From NCBI RefSeq assembly GCF_025149285.1, contig NZ_CP102274.1: DNA of 32,000 nucleotides; one strand, given 5' to 3'. Under the pieces are notes generated by a model. The model saw only the letters and a list, made by a program, of their open reading frames with translations. It was not told where the DNA came from and did not search any database. The position numbers and the translations under genes are program-made. This DNA is from Hungatella hathewayi (GTDB lineage Bacteria; Bacillota; Clostridia; Lachnospirales; Lachnospiraceae). The number at the start of each line of letters is the position of its first letter. The first letter of the stretch is position 1. This document shows positions 9,951 through 18,993 of this stretch, in pieces.

Positions 9951-9978
9951 CAGAGCTGCCGGCAGGCAGCTCTGTTTG
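9951..9978 (+). terminator. Intrinsic terminator after the merR gene
   Basis: CAGAGCTGCC (9951-9960) / GGCAGCTCTG (9965-9974) then TTT. Confidence 0.7.
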
Positions 9979-10076
9979 ATCTCATACGGGACAAATGTTC
10001 CTGTGATATCAAATATAGCTGTATTATGTATGGTGTGAGATGTAACTTCCTGTCAGTAAGGGCTGATGTTTTTCCG

Positions 10077-10460
10077 CTACGATTCTTGTTCCGGATTGCT
10101 GTTACTGCAGAGATTCTCTTTGTGCTTCTGGAAAGTCTTAATCATATCCAGGACATAATCCTGCTCTTCTTTTGAAAGAAGGGTGGATAGATGATAGATC
10201 TCAGCCAGAAGCTGGGCACTTCGTTCCGCATCTTTTTCTGATTCCATGGGGCCTTCGCCCTGGAGAAGCCATGAACTGTTAATTCCAAGCTCGTAACAGA
10301 TTCCACGGATGACGAGCATCTGCGGTTCTGATTTTTCATGTTCAATATTTGTTATGACACCGCGGGAGACACCAATTGCATCGGCAAGAGAATTCTGTGT
10401 ATACCCTTTTGAACTGCGGGCCTGTTTGAGACGGGCACCTATTCCCATATGATACTCCAT
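10077..10460 (-). CDS. XRE/Cro-family HTH transcriptional regulator
   Basis: 127 aa; GIGARLKQARSSKGYTQNSLADAIGVSRGVITNIEHEKSEPQM HTH. Confidence 0.88.
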   Translation of the reverse strand: MEYHMGIGARLKQARSSKGYTQNSLADAIGVSRGVITNIEHEKSEPQMLVIRGICYELGINSSWLLQGEGPMESEKDAERSAQLLAEIYHLSTLLSKEEQDYVLDMIKTFQKHKENLCSNSNPEQES

Positions 10461-10630
10461 TCCGCGTAGACGCGTGCCATGATCTTTACGATGGCAAACA
10501 TACGCCGATCCGCCATTTGATTTTAATTAATACAGGACCTTAAATAGTTTTGTAAATCCTGATATCTAATCTTATCATGATAAAAATGATTTGTCAATAC
10601 AATTGTGTATTGAAAAGACATATGAATGCC

Positions 10631-10659
10631 TTGACAATGCGTAAAAAACGTGTTAGCAT
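10631..10659 (+). promoter_or_regulatory. Sigma-A-like promoter upstream of the 56-aa ORF
   Basis: TTGACA (10631-10636), 17 nt, TAGCAT (10654-10659). Confidence 0.55.
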
Positions 10660-10718
10660 GTATTTATAAAACATAAAAATGATTTGGAAAAGCATGGCTG
10701 AAGACATAGGGGGTAGTT

Positions 10719-10889
10719 TTGAAGTCGATAGGAAGAGATCAGGAAAAGAATCGTGCGGAAATCATTCTCGAGGAGTCCGGAAAACTTTCTGTTGAAGAGC
10801 AGGAGCGTGTTCTGGCAACTTTAAAGGGAATGGTGTTTACAAGAGACTGTATATTGAAGAATGGTGTGGATGAAGACAAAAAGGAGTGA
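10719..10889 (+). CDS. Small hypothetical protein (56 aa), divergent partner of the XRE regulator
   Basis: Hand-translated from a TTG start with AGGGGG-like RBS: MKSIGRDQEKNRAEIILEESGKLSVEEQERVLATLKGMVFTRDCILKNGVDEDKKE; upstream promoter present. Confidence 0.6.
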   Translation: MKSIGRDQEKNRAEIILEESGKLSVEEQERVLATLKGMVFTRDCILKNGVDEDKKE

Positions 10890-11080
10890 GTCCGTTTATG
10901 ACAAAGTATTGTCATTTGATTTAGATTGGATTGAAGTGAAAGAACCCGGCCATGCCTGAGTCCTGTTTTGTGGGCCTGTCTGAATATCTCACAGAGTTTA
11001 GAAACATATCGTTTGTCTATTCTAAGTCCCAAAGTCTGTAATTATAGATAAGTTTTCGTGTTGATTTGTATTGAATATTG

Positions 11081-11134
11081 TTGACATTGCTCATGTAATG
11101 TGCTATTGTATGAATGTACAAAATAATGAATATT
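11081..11134 (+). promoter_or_regulatory. Promoter and candidate operator upstream of yhfZ
   Basis: TTGACA (11081-11086), 17 nt, TATTGT (11104-11109); TTGTA/TACAA dyad (11106-11121) and AATGTACAAAATAATGAATATT (11113-11134). Confidence 0.55.
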
Positions 11135-11165
11135 GAAATAATGACGAATAAAAGCAGGTATACAG

Positions 11166-12098
11166 ATGGAATATGAAGTTGGAAAGAGCATCTTATATCA
11201 AAAAACCGGATTAGCCAAGAGTCTCCTTGCATTAGATTTACTGTCAAAGAATGCAGGGGACAGAATACAGCCCATATCCGAGTATCAGGAGAAGTTTGGA
11301 GTATCCAGAGGGACTGTCCAGAATGCTTTTACATATTTAAAAGAGTGTGGCGCTGTGAAACTGGAGCACCACGGTCACCAGGGTACTTATATCGAAAAGC
11401 TGGACTATCGCAAGCTTCAGGAAAACTGTATGAGAAAAGAGCTGCTGGGCATCATGCCGCTGCCGTATTCACTGACTTATGAGGGGTTTGCCACAGCAAT
11501 TTACTCGGAACTGGATGAGCTGAATTTTAATATGGCGTACGCGAGAGGCGCGGTTGGCAGAATCGAGCTTGTAGAGTCGGGAACCTATCAATTTGCCGTC
11601 TGTTCACGCTATGCCGCGGAGCAGTCCATCAGCTGCGGGAAAGAGATCGAGATAGCCTTTGATTTCGGGCCGGGAAGCTTTCTGTCAAAACACGTACTTC
11701 TTCTGGCTGATGAATCAAAAGACGGTATCTGTGATGGTATGAAGGTCGCATACGACAGCAAGTCTCTTGACCAGAGCCGTATAACAGATAATATCGTTAA
11801 GGGAAAAGAGATAACTTTAATTCCAATCAGGACACAGCAGACCATCGGGGCTCTGATGGATGGGACCATAGACGCCGGTGTGTGGAATTATGACGATGTA
11901 TTGGAGAATCATCACGACAGACTGAAGGTGGTTTCGCTGCCGGAATCGGACTATAATAATTCCTTTTCCACTGCAGTTCTGGTGATAAAGACGGGCGACG
12001 AAGCACTGAAGGCACTGCTTAAAAAATATATAAGTGTGGAACGCGTATTGGGAATTCTTTCTGAAGTCAGAGAGAAGAGGCGGGAGCCGTTCTTCTGA
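11166..12098 (+). CDS. yhfZ: YhfZ-type GntR-like transcriptional regulator
   Basis: 310 aa; SEYQEKFGVSRGTVQNAFTYLKECGAVKLEHHGHQGTYI-type winged helix (ISEYQEKFG...), C-terminal ligand domain as in YhfZ; heads a yhf-type gene cluster. Confidence 0.85.
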   Translation: MEYEVGKSILYQKTGLAKSLLALDLLSKNAGDRIQPISEYQEKFGVSRGTVQNAFTYLKECGAVKLEHHGHQGTYIEKLDYRKLQENCMRKELLGIMPLPYSLTYEGFATAIYSELDELNFNMAYARGAVGRIELVESGTYQFAVCSRYAAEQSISCGKEIEIAFDFGPGSFLSKHVLLLADESKDGICDGMKVAYDSKSLDQSRITDNIVKGKEITLIPIRTQQTIGALMDGTIDAGVWNYDDVLENHHDRLKVVSLPESDYNNSFSTAVLVIKTGDEALKALLKKYISVERVLGILSEVREKRREPFF

Positions 12099-12228
12099 CC
12101 GGAGAGAAAGCGCTATATTAGCGTCTTATCTTCTGCGGTGGACCGCAGATCAAGGGCAGCCGTGGGCAGAAGGTATCCGCAGTGGAATTCTGGCAGATGT
12201 TTGTCACACCTGTTACGGCTGCCGGCGG

Positions 12229-12279
12229 CTTTCCCGGCTCATCAGCTTTCAGGTCTCATCAGCTTTCCCGGCTCATCAG
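12229..12279 (+). repeat. Three tandem 17-bp repeats in the yhfZ-yhfY intergenic region
   Basis: CTTTCCCGGCTCATCAG (12229-12245), CTTTCAGGTCTCATCAG (12246-12262), CTTTCCCGGCTCATCAG (12263-12279). Confidence 0.9.
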
Positions 12280-12383
12280 CCAATCGGCCAGTCAGCCGTA
12301 CTGACAATCTGAATAGAATATAAGAAACCGGGATAGTGGGTGGAGTGTCGTAAAAAATAAGTCAGGACAGAAATTTTTACAGC

Positions 12384-12405
12384 AATGTACAAAATATTGT
12401 ATATT
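12384..12405. promoter_or_regulatory. Candidate YhfZ operator upstream of yhfY
   Basis: AATGTACAAAATATTGTATATT, 20/22 identical to the copy at 11113-11134; contains TACAA-AATA-TTGTA dyad. Confidence 0.55.
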
Positions 12406-12419
12406 AAGAAAGGAGTATT

Positions 12420-12782
12420 ATGAACCTGGAGGAAGCGTTAAATCAGCGTCTTGAGATTCTTTTAAACAGTGGTGTCATATCACAGAGAATTTCAGATTAT
12501 TGCAAAACAGCAGTGAAGCTGCTGATAAAACAAAAACCGGAGGCAGACGGCGACAGGGCTGCTATGTTTATTACACATCTGGCTATGGCGGGACAGAGAA
12601 TTTTAGAGGGAAAGGAGGAAAAACCATTGGATGGCCAGATTCTGGAGTCTGTAAAACAGGAACCTGCTTATAGTAAGGCATTGGACTTTCTGACGTATAT
12701 GCTGAATCAGACAGATCTGGAATTTCCGGATACAGAAAAAGATTTTTTGACGGTTCATCTGTGTAACCTGTTTATGCCATGA
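12420..12782 (+). CDS. yhfY: PRD-domain protein, YhfY-like
   Basis: 120 aa single-PRD protein (MFITHLAMAGQRI...LTVHLCNLF), same position relative to the yhf cluster. Confidence 0.8.
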   Translation: MNLEEALNQRLEILLNSGVISQRISDYCKTAVKLLIKQKPEADGDRAAMFITHLAMAGQRILEGKEEKPLDGQILESVKQEPAYSKALDFLTYMLNQTDLEFPDTEKDFLTVHLCNLFMP

Positions 12783-12867
12783 GTTTGAAGGCCGTGATGT
12801 AGAGAGTATGCTTACGGGGATGAGATGCTGCAGGAGTATTGAAATTTAAAATTCAGGAGGGAAAAAT

Positions 12868-14148
12868 ATGCGGTATATAGTTATATTTTTAGCCGGAGCG
12901 TTTGGGGCACTTTTGGCTAACAGGGGAATTGCGGTTTTTAATGATGCGGTCAGGCCGGTTGTTCCGGAATACAGAGAGGGACGTATGACAAGGCTGGAAT
13001 TTGCAACAACCACATTTGCCTTAAGCTTTGGTCTGGTCATTGGATTTGGAATACCTTATTCGATTATGTCACCCATTATACTGGTACATTCTCTGTGGCT
13101 TGGAACCGATGTTATCGGTATCTTCTTTCCGGCAAAAAACATTGAAAAATGGTACCTGGACAAAGAAAGCCTGATCGGCGCCGGCCTTTCCGTTCTGGCA
13201 GGTGGTCTGTACGGAGTGCTTCTGCTGGCGGGGCTTCAGAGCTTTGTCAATATGATGCAGGCTCTGCCGGTTAATATCTTCGATGCATGGCAGAATATTT
13301 CCGGCCCTGTCATTTCCGCATTTATTGCGTTCCCATGTGTTGTAATTACCATGGATTACGGTTGGAAAAAGGGTCTTGTTTCACTGGTTGTTTCGGTTCT
13401 GCTTCGCCAGATCATGGTATTTTTCGGAAAAGGAGATATCGCGGACGGTGTTGCCTTATTAACCGGCCTCGTGTTCATCATTGTATTTGCAGTCAGGGAC
13501 AAATCTGAATCGACGGGAAATCTGGCTTCTATATTTGGAGACCGTGTGAAGAACATCAGAAAGAATATCATCTGGATTGCAATTATGGGTGCCATTTACG
13601 GACTTGCCTGCAATATGCATCTCCTGATGGAAGGTCCGCAGTCTCTGGTTGCATTAAAGGATGGAAATGTGTCTTCTGCAGTCAGCATCAGCTTTGCGAG
13701 AGCGCTGTCCTTTATCCCATTAAAGGCGCTGACCTCGCTGACGACAGGCACCTTTGTAACGGATGGCTTCGGTTTCACCGCAACAGCAGGCCTTCTGGCT
13801 CCAAACGGAGTGCTTGCCGCAGTATTTGGCGCAGTGGTCATGTCTCTGGAGGCATTGTCTCTGGCAGTAGTTGCAAAGCTGTTTGATAAGGTTCCAAGTA
13901 TTAAGAAATCGGCCGACAGTATCCGTGTGGCGATGACCAGGCTTCTGGAGGTTGCCATTTTAGTGGGATCCATGTCGGCGGCGGAAGGTATGGCCCCCGG
14001 ATTTGGATTTTTGGTAGTTGGTGGATTCTTTGTCATGAATGAGTATTTTAAGAAACCAATCGTACGGATGGCAGTAGGCCCGATCGCTGTTATCGCAGTG
14101 GGAGTTCTGGTCAATGTACTGGCAGTTTTAGGTCTGTACAGTGTTTAA
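12868..14148 (+). CDS. yhfT: YhfT family membrane protein (putative transporter)
   Basis: 426 aa polytopic; MRYIVIFLAGAFGALLANRGIAVFNDAVRPVVPEYREGRMTR. Confidence 0.88.
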   Translation: MRYIVIFLAGAFGALLANRGIAVFNDAVRPVVPEYREGRMTRLEFATTTFALSFGLVIGFGIPYSIMSPIILVHSLWLGTDVIGIFFPAKNIEKWYLDKESLIGAGLSVLAGGLYGVLLLAGLQSFVNMMQALPVNIFDAWQNISGPVISAFIAFPCVVITMDYGWKKGLVSLVVSVLLRQIMVFFGKGDIADGVALLTGLVFIIVFAVRDKSESTGNLASIFGDRVKNIRKNIIWIAIMGAIYGLACNMHLLMEGPQSLVALKDGNVSSAVSISFARALSFIPLKALTSLTTGTFVTDGFGFTATAGLLAPNGVLAAVFGAVVMSLEALSLAVVAKLFDKVPSIKKSADSIRVAMTRLLEVAILVGSMSAAEGMAPGFGFLVVGGFFVMNEYFKKPIVRMAVGPIAVIAVGVLVNVLAVLGLYSV

Positions 14149-14182
14149 ATGTGTGCAGTGATGCGTGAAAGGAGCAGTCAGC

Positions 14183-14539
14183 ATGAAAATTGTAATTGGC
14201 GGACAGATGGGAAAAGAGGAAATAAAAGATCTGATAGTCACGACTATGGGAACTGAATGTGAGGTTGCCATCCGGGATGATGTGGCAGCTGCCATGGATG
14301 TAAAGAGCGGAAATGCCGACTTATATCTGGGGGCATGTATGACCGGGGGCGGAGGCGCACTTGCGATGGCCATTGCAATTTTGGGTTATGGAGCGTGTAT
14401 GACGGTAAGTGACGCGGATGAAAATGCCATTCGTGACGCACTGAAATCGGGGAAAAAGGCGTTTGGTTTTACCCCATCCATGTCGAGAACGGTGGTTCCA
14501 GTGATTGTAAGGCTTGCGAAGGATGCTGTGAAGAATTGA
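14183..14539 (+). CDS. yhfU: YhfU family protein (DUF2620)
   Basis: MKIVIGGQMGKEEIKDLI...DLYLGACMTGGGGALAMAIAILGY; ORF track start 14165, ATG at 14183 preferred. Confidence 0.87.
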   Translation: MKIVIGGQMGKEEIKDLIVTTMGTECEVAIRDDVAAAMDVKSGNADLYLGACMTGGGGALAMAIAILGYGACMTVSDADENAIRDALKSGKKAFGFTPSMSRTVVPVIVRLAKDAVKN

Positions 14540-14620
14540 GATGATGGTGCTGTCTGGTTTAAAGAGATGATATACCGTGTCTTCTTAGCCAGCCAGACAG
14601 CATCCGTGAAAGGAGAAAGG

Positions 14621-15715
14621 ATGCAGACATATCCGTTACAGAGCATGTCCGTGGAAGAAGCAGCGATGCTTCAGTTCCAGGTAGTGGACTGTATAACAAA
14701 AGTATTTGAAGGGCATGAATCACTGACCAGGGGAGATTTAGGGGTCGTCATGGGGATTAATATGCCGGTGACAACCAGAAAAGCGGAAAAGGTGATTGCC
14801 GAAGTATTTGGAGCAGAGGCGTGTATCCTGGTACGGGGGGCGGGGAGTGCCGCAATCCGTTTTGGACTTCATTCCATGATGGGGCCCGGCGACCGGCTCC
14901 TGGTACACCGGGCTCCCATCTATAATACTACGGCAGCCTCTCTCGAAATGATGGGAATAGAAGCGGTGGAAGCTGATTTTAATGATTCGAAAGAAATCCG
15001 GCGGGTTTTGACGGATAATCCCGATATTAAGGGGGCGCTGGTCCAATATACGAGACAGCTCCCGGAAGACCGCTATGATATGCATGAGGTAGTACGCGTC
15101 ATCAAACAGACCGCTGATATCCCTGTACTGACCGACGACAATTACGCAGCAATGAAAGTAAAAGATATCGGTGTGCAGTGCGGTGCGGATCTTTCCTGCT
15201 TTTCCGCGTTTAAGCTGCTGGGGCCGGAAGGTGTGGGCGTCATCGTCGGTAAGCAGGAACTGGTCGGCAGACTGGTAAAGGAAAGTTATTCCGGCGGGAT
15301 GCAGGTACAGGGGCATGAGGCGCTCGATGTTCTGCACGGAATGGTCTATGCGCCGGTCTCCCTGGCTCTTTCTGCGAGGGTCAATGAGGAATGTGTCAGA
15401 CGCTTGAACAGCGGAGAGATACCGGCGGTAAAACAGGCATTTCTGGCAAATGCCCAATCTAAGGTTCTTCTGGTGGAATTCAGGGAGAATATTGCGGAAC
15501 GGGTACTGGAGGAAGCCGAAAAATCGGGCGCTGCACCGAATCCGGTTGGCGCGGAATCCAAATATGAGCTGGTACCCATGTTTTACCGGATTTCCGGTAC
15601 GTTTCGCAAGGCAGATCCGGAACTGGAACATCGGATGATACGGATCAATCCCATGCGGGCCGGAGCGGACACTGTTTTAAGAATAATAAAAGAATCAGTA
15701 GAAAGAGTGGTGTAA
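14621..15715 (+). CDS. yhfS: YhfS family PLP-dependent aminotransferase-like protein
   Basis: VFGAEACILVRGAGSAAIRFGLHSMMGPGD, SCFSAFKLLGPEGVGVIVG (PLP Lys region); start at MQTYPLQSM. Confidence 0.87.
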   Translation: MQTYPLQSMSVEEAAMLQFQVVDCITKVFEGHESLTRGDLGVVMGINMPVTTRKAEKVIAEVFGAEACILVRGAGSAAIRFGLHSMMGPGDRLLVHRAPIYNTTAASLEMMGIEAVEADFNDSKEIRRVLTDNPDIKGALVQYTRQLPEDRYDMHEVVRVIKQTADIPVLTDDNYAAMKVKDIGVQCGADLSCFSAFKLLGPEGVGVIVGKQELVGRLVKESYSGGMQVQGHEALDVLHGMVYAPVSLALSARVNEECVRRLNSGEIPAVKQAFLANAQSKVLLVEFRENIAERVLEEAEKSGAAPNPVGAESKYELVPMFYRISGTFRKADPELEHRMIRINPMRAGADTVLRIIKESVERVV

Positions 15716-16873
15716 ATGTTCCTGGAACAAACTGTAAAACGGAATCCGGAACTGGTCCGGCTGGCATTCAGTCTCCACAGGCAGGGAATCATAGAACCGG
15801 ATTCCTATCTCATTGATGTGGACACCTTTTTGCAAAATGCGGAGGAAATGCTGGAGTGCTCCAGGCAAAATGGCGTAAAGCTTTACTTTATGCTGAAACA
15901 GCTGGGGCGCAATCCCTATCTGGCAAAGGAGCTGATGAGGCTGGGATATTCCGGCGCGGTGGCTGTTGACTATAAAGAGGCCGCCGTAATGATGGAGCAT
16001 GGGATTCCGATCGGAAATGCAGGGCATCTGGTACAGATACCGACGGCTCAGGTAAGACAGATTGTCTCCTGCCGCCCGGAGGTCATCACCGTCTACTCAG
16101 AAGAGAAAATACACCAGATTGATCAGGCCGCGTCGGAACTGGGCGTGATACAGGAAATTCTGCTGCGGGTGTATGGTGAAGGTGATATGATTTATTCCGG
16201 GCAGACAGCCGGTTTTCATTTAAATACCCTGGAAGAACTGGCGGATCGTATCGTTGGTTCATATCCCCATGTGAGAATTGCGGGTGTCACCTCTTTTCCC
16301 TGTTACTTATATGATGAGCAGCTGGATGACATCGTTCCTACGGCTAATTTAAAAACCGTAACGCGTGCGGTAGCAATCTTAAAGTCGCGGGGAATTCTCT
16401 GCCGTATCATCAATACTCCCTCAGCAACCTGCTGTCGTACCATTGAACGGATGAAGCGGGACGGGGGAAATTGTGGTGAGCCGGGACATGGCTTTTCCGG
16501 AACAACCCCCATGCATGCCGCCCATGAACTGCCGGAACGACCGTGTGTAGTTTACATAAGTGAAGTTTCTCATAATTTCGAAGGCCGCGGATACTGTTTT
16601 GGAGGCGGTCATTACAGGCGATCCCATATGAAGAATGCATTGGTAGGAGACAGTTTTTTAAATGCTAGGCACGTGGAGGTAATTCCTCCGGCGGATGACA
16701 GTATTGATTACCATTTCGGATTAACAAAAGAGTGCCCTGTAGGCCAGACGGTGGTGATGGCGTTTCGGTATCAGATATTTGTTACCCGTTCAGATGTTGT
16801 GCTGGTCACCGGACTTAGAAAGGGAGCGCCGAGGATTGAAGGAATCTATGACAGCGCGGGCAGAGAGAAATGA
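15716..16873 (+). CDS. yhfX: YhfX family alanine racemase-like PLP protein
   Basis: PDSYLIDVDTFLQNAEEMLECSRQNGVKLYFMLKQLGRNPYLAKEL; translationally tight with yhfS and yhfW. Confidence 0.88.
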   Translation: MFLEQTVKRNPELVRLAFSLHRQGIIEPDSYLIDVDTFLQNAEEMLECSRQNGVKLYFMLKQLGRNPYLAKELMRLGYSGAVAVDYKEAAVMMEHGIPIGNAGHLVQIPTAQVRQIVSCRPEVITVYSEEKIHQIDQAASELGVIQEILLRVYGEGDMIYSGQTAGFHLNTLEELADRIVGSYPHVRIAGVTSFPCYLYDEQLDDIVPTANLKTVTRAVAILKSRGILCRIINTPSATCCRTIERMKRDGGNCGEPGHGFSGTTPMHAAHELPERPCVVYISEVSHNFEGRGYCFGGGHYRRSHMKNALVGDSFLNARHVEVIPPADDSIDYHFGLTKECPVGQTVVMAFRYQIFVTRSDVVLVTGLRKGAPRIEGIYDSAGREK

Positions 16874-18081
16874 AGAAGAGATTTATTGTTATTATACTGG
16901 ATGGATTTGGGATCGGGGCGATGAAGGATGCCTGTATCGTGAGGCCGGGCGATGAAACAGCCAACACGCTCGGAAGTATTTTAAAGGACTCCCCCGACAT
17001 GAAGCTGCCGGTCCTGGAACGGCTGGGGCTGATGAATGCGTTCGGGAGGGAGAGCGCAGCCATGAAATTCAGCCCTTCCGCTAATTACGGGAGATGCGAA
17101 CTGATGCACTATGGTGCGGATACTTTTATGGGGCATCAGGAAATCATGGGAACACTGCCAATAAAACCGACGGCGCATCCATTTCTGGAGAAGGCGGAGG
17201 AGGTAAGCCGGTATTTGAGGCAGAACGGGCATGATGTCCATGTTATCGAGAAACAGGGGCTTAAATATCTGATTGTAGATCGGTACGCCACGGTGGCAGA
17301 CAACCTGGAGGCGGATCCGGGAATGTGCTATAATGTGACGGCGCCTCTTGATTTTATGCCGTTTGAGGAAGAGGTGGAGATCGCCCGCCTGGTCCGCGAG
17401 GTAGTGACCGTGGGCCGTGTGATCGTGTTTGGCGGCACCGGCAACACAATGGAAGATTTGCAGAGGGCGGAAGAGATAAAGCTTGGAAATTATATCGGCA
17501 TTGCATCTGCAAAATCAAAATCGTATGAGCACGGTTATCAGTGCAGACATCTGGGATATGGAGTGGATAAACAGGTACAGGCGCCGACCATACTGACAAA
17601 TGCCGGGGTTCACTGTACGCTCATAGGGAAGGTGGCTGACATTGTGGCTAATGACGGCGGTGAGAGTATTTCCTGCGTCCCGACGGAGGAAGTGATGCGG
17701 CTTACGGTTCAGGCGGTAAAGAACATGGAGAAGGGCTTTGTCTGTACCAATGTGCAGGAGACCGATCTGGCGGGTCATTCACAATCTGCGGCGGCTTACC
17801 GGGAGATACTGGAGACCGCGGACCGGGGAATCGGTGCAGTGCTGGAGGAGATGGAGGCGGAAGATATCCTGGTTGTCATGGCAGACCACGGTAATGATCC
17901 CAATATCGGGCACAGCCGGCATACGAGGGAATGCGTGCCGTTACTCATTTATACAAGGGGGATGAGCGGACGGGAGATTGGTACCAGAAAGACACTTTCG
18001 GATGTTGGGGCATCTGTATGCAGTTTTTTTGGGGTGAAGAGTACGCAGAATGGGACGTCATTTCTAGAAGATCTTCGTTGA
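16870..18081 (+). CDS. yhfW: YhfW family phosphopentomutase-like metalloenzyme
   Basis: FIVIILDGFGIGAMKDA, YGADTFMGHQEIMGT, VVMADHGNDPNIGHSRHTRECVPLLIY alkaline phosphatase superfamily metal motifs. Confidence 0.88.
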   Translation: MKKRFIVIILDGFGIGAMKDACIVRPGDETANTLGSILKDSPDMKLPVLERLGLMNAFGRESAAMKFSPSANYGRCELMHYGADTFMGHQEIMGTLPIKPTAHPFLEKAEEVSRYLRQNGHDVHVIEKQGLKYLIVDRYATVADNLEADPGMCYNVTAPLDFMPFEEEVEIARLVREVVTVGRVIVFGGTGNTMEDLQRAEEIKLGNYIGIASAKSKSYEHGYQCRHLGYGVDKQVQAPTILTNAGVHCTLIGKVADIVANDGGESISCVPTEEVMRLTVQAVKNMEKGFVCTNVQETDLAGHSQSAAAYREILETADRGIGAVLEEMEAEDILVVMADHGNDPNIGHSRHTRECVPLLIYTRGMSGREIGTRKTLSDVGASVCSFFGVKSTQNGTSFLEDLR

Positions 18082-18132
18082 ACGAAACATGTAAATGCGT
18101 GTTAGGAAGAATTGAAGCTGGTTAAAAAACAC

Positions 18133-18161
18133 TTGAATTTCAGGTTCGAATTGAGTATAAT
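18133..18161 (+). promoter_or_regulatory. Strong sigma-A-like promoter for a short + strand RNA
   Basis: TTGAAT (18133-18138), 17 nt, TATAAT (18156-18161); no ORF follows before the IS. Confidence 0.65.
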
Positions 18162-18167
18162 AAAGAC

Positions 18168-18254
18168 ATAAAAGGAACAACCGCCCACAAAGTGGTTAAC
18201 CCGATTAATAAGTTACATTCATAGAAATGCCACCCAGTAACTGGTCAAAGTATA
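18168..18254 (+). ncRNA. 5' portion of a presumptive type I antitoxin-like small RNA, interrupted by the IS3-family element
   Basis: Starts after a near-consensus promoter; its terminator 5' arm (CCACCC, 18230-18235) is left of the IS and its 3' arm plus T-tract (GGGTGGTTTTT, 20041-20051) is right of the IS. Confidence 0.4.
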
Positions 18255-18315
18255 TGATATGATACCTCTTAAGTAGACAAGATAAATAACCAAAATCTAC
18301 TTAGGAGGTATTTTT

Positions 18316-18993
18316 ATGTCCAAATCCCCTCATACTTCGGAATTCCGTGCAAAGGTGTCACAGGAATACCTTGATGGATTGGGTTCCTATAATTATTTAG
18401 CCACTAAATATAATATCGGGTGTAAAACATTGAAAGAGTGGGTTGCTAAATACAGAATTCATGGAATCGGAGCATTTATTCGTAAAACGGGGAATGCTTC
18501 TTACTCATCCGATTTTAAAACCATGTGTGTCGAAGCGGTTTTATCTGGTGATGGAAGCGTAGATGATATCGCTGCTAAATATAACATTTCTTCAAGAAGG
18601 GTACTCAGCCAATGGGTTGTGAGTTATAATGCCAATAGAGAACTTAAGGATTATGTTCCGAAAAGGGAGGTCTATATGGCAGAGGCCAGAAGAAAAACAA
18701 CCGTTGCTGAACGCAAAGAAATCGTTGAGTATTGTATTAAACATAACCATGATTATAAAGGGACTGCAGGCATTTATAACGTTTCATACAGCCAGGTTTA
18801 TTCCTGGGTAAAAAAGTATGATGTGAATGGAGAAGACGGTTTAACAGATAAACGCGGCCATCACAGAGCAGATAATGAAGTGGATGAACTGGAGCGTTTA
18901 CGGCGGGAAAATCTCAGGTTGAAACGCCAGCTGGAAGAAAAGGATAAGGCTGTTGAACTACTAAAAAAAGTGAAAGAATTCGAAAGGATGTGA
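18316..18993 (+). CDS. IS3-family transposase OrfA (HTH)
   Basis: 225 aa; helix-turn-helix units (YNIGCKTLKEWVAKY; YNVSYSQVYSWVKKY) and C-terminal leucine-rich coil ERLRRENLRLKRQLEEKDKAVELLKKVKEF. Confidence 0.9.
   Translation: MSKSPHTSEFRAKVSQEYLDGLGSYNYLATKYNIGCKTLKEWVAKYRIHGIGAFIRKTGNASYSSDFKTMCVEAVLSGDGSVDDIAAKYNISSRRVLSQWVVSYNANRELKDYVPKREVYMAEARRKTTVAERKEIVEYCIKHNHDYKGTAGIYNVSYSQVYSWVKKYDVNGEDGLTDKRGHHRADNEVDELERLRRENLRLKRQLEEKDKAVELLKKVKEFERM
18963..18970 (+). promoter_or_regulatory. Probable -1 programmed ribosomal frameshift site in the IS3-family element
   Basis: CTA AAA AAA GTG in the orfA frame gives slippery A_AAA_AAA; after -1 slippage the frame (AGT GAA AGA ATT CGA AAG GAT GTG AAG CTT) runs into OrfB without a stop. 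Confidence 0.7.

Noticed and set aside
14738-15631. Long antisense ORF (297 aa) opposite yhfS
   Set aside because: The translation has no recognisable domain and lies opposite a well-supported aminotransferase gene; it is a shadow ORF of GC-skewed codon usage.
11166-18081. yhf cluster as a phosphonate or nucleoside operon because of a phosphopentomutase-like gene
   Set aside because: All neighbours match the yhf set (YhfT, DUF2620, YhfS, YhfX, PRD protein, YhfZ); the phosphopentomutase-like protein is better assigned as YhfW.
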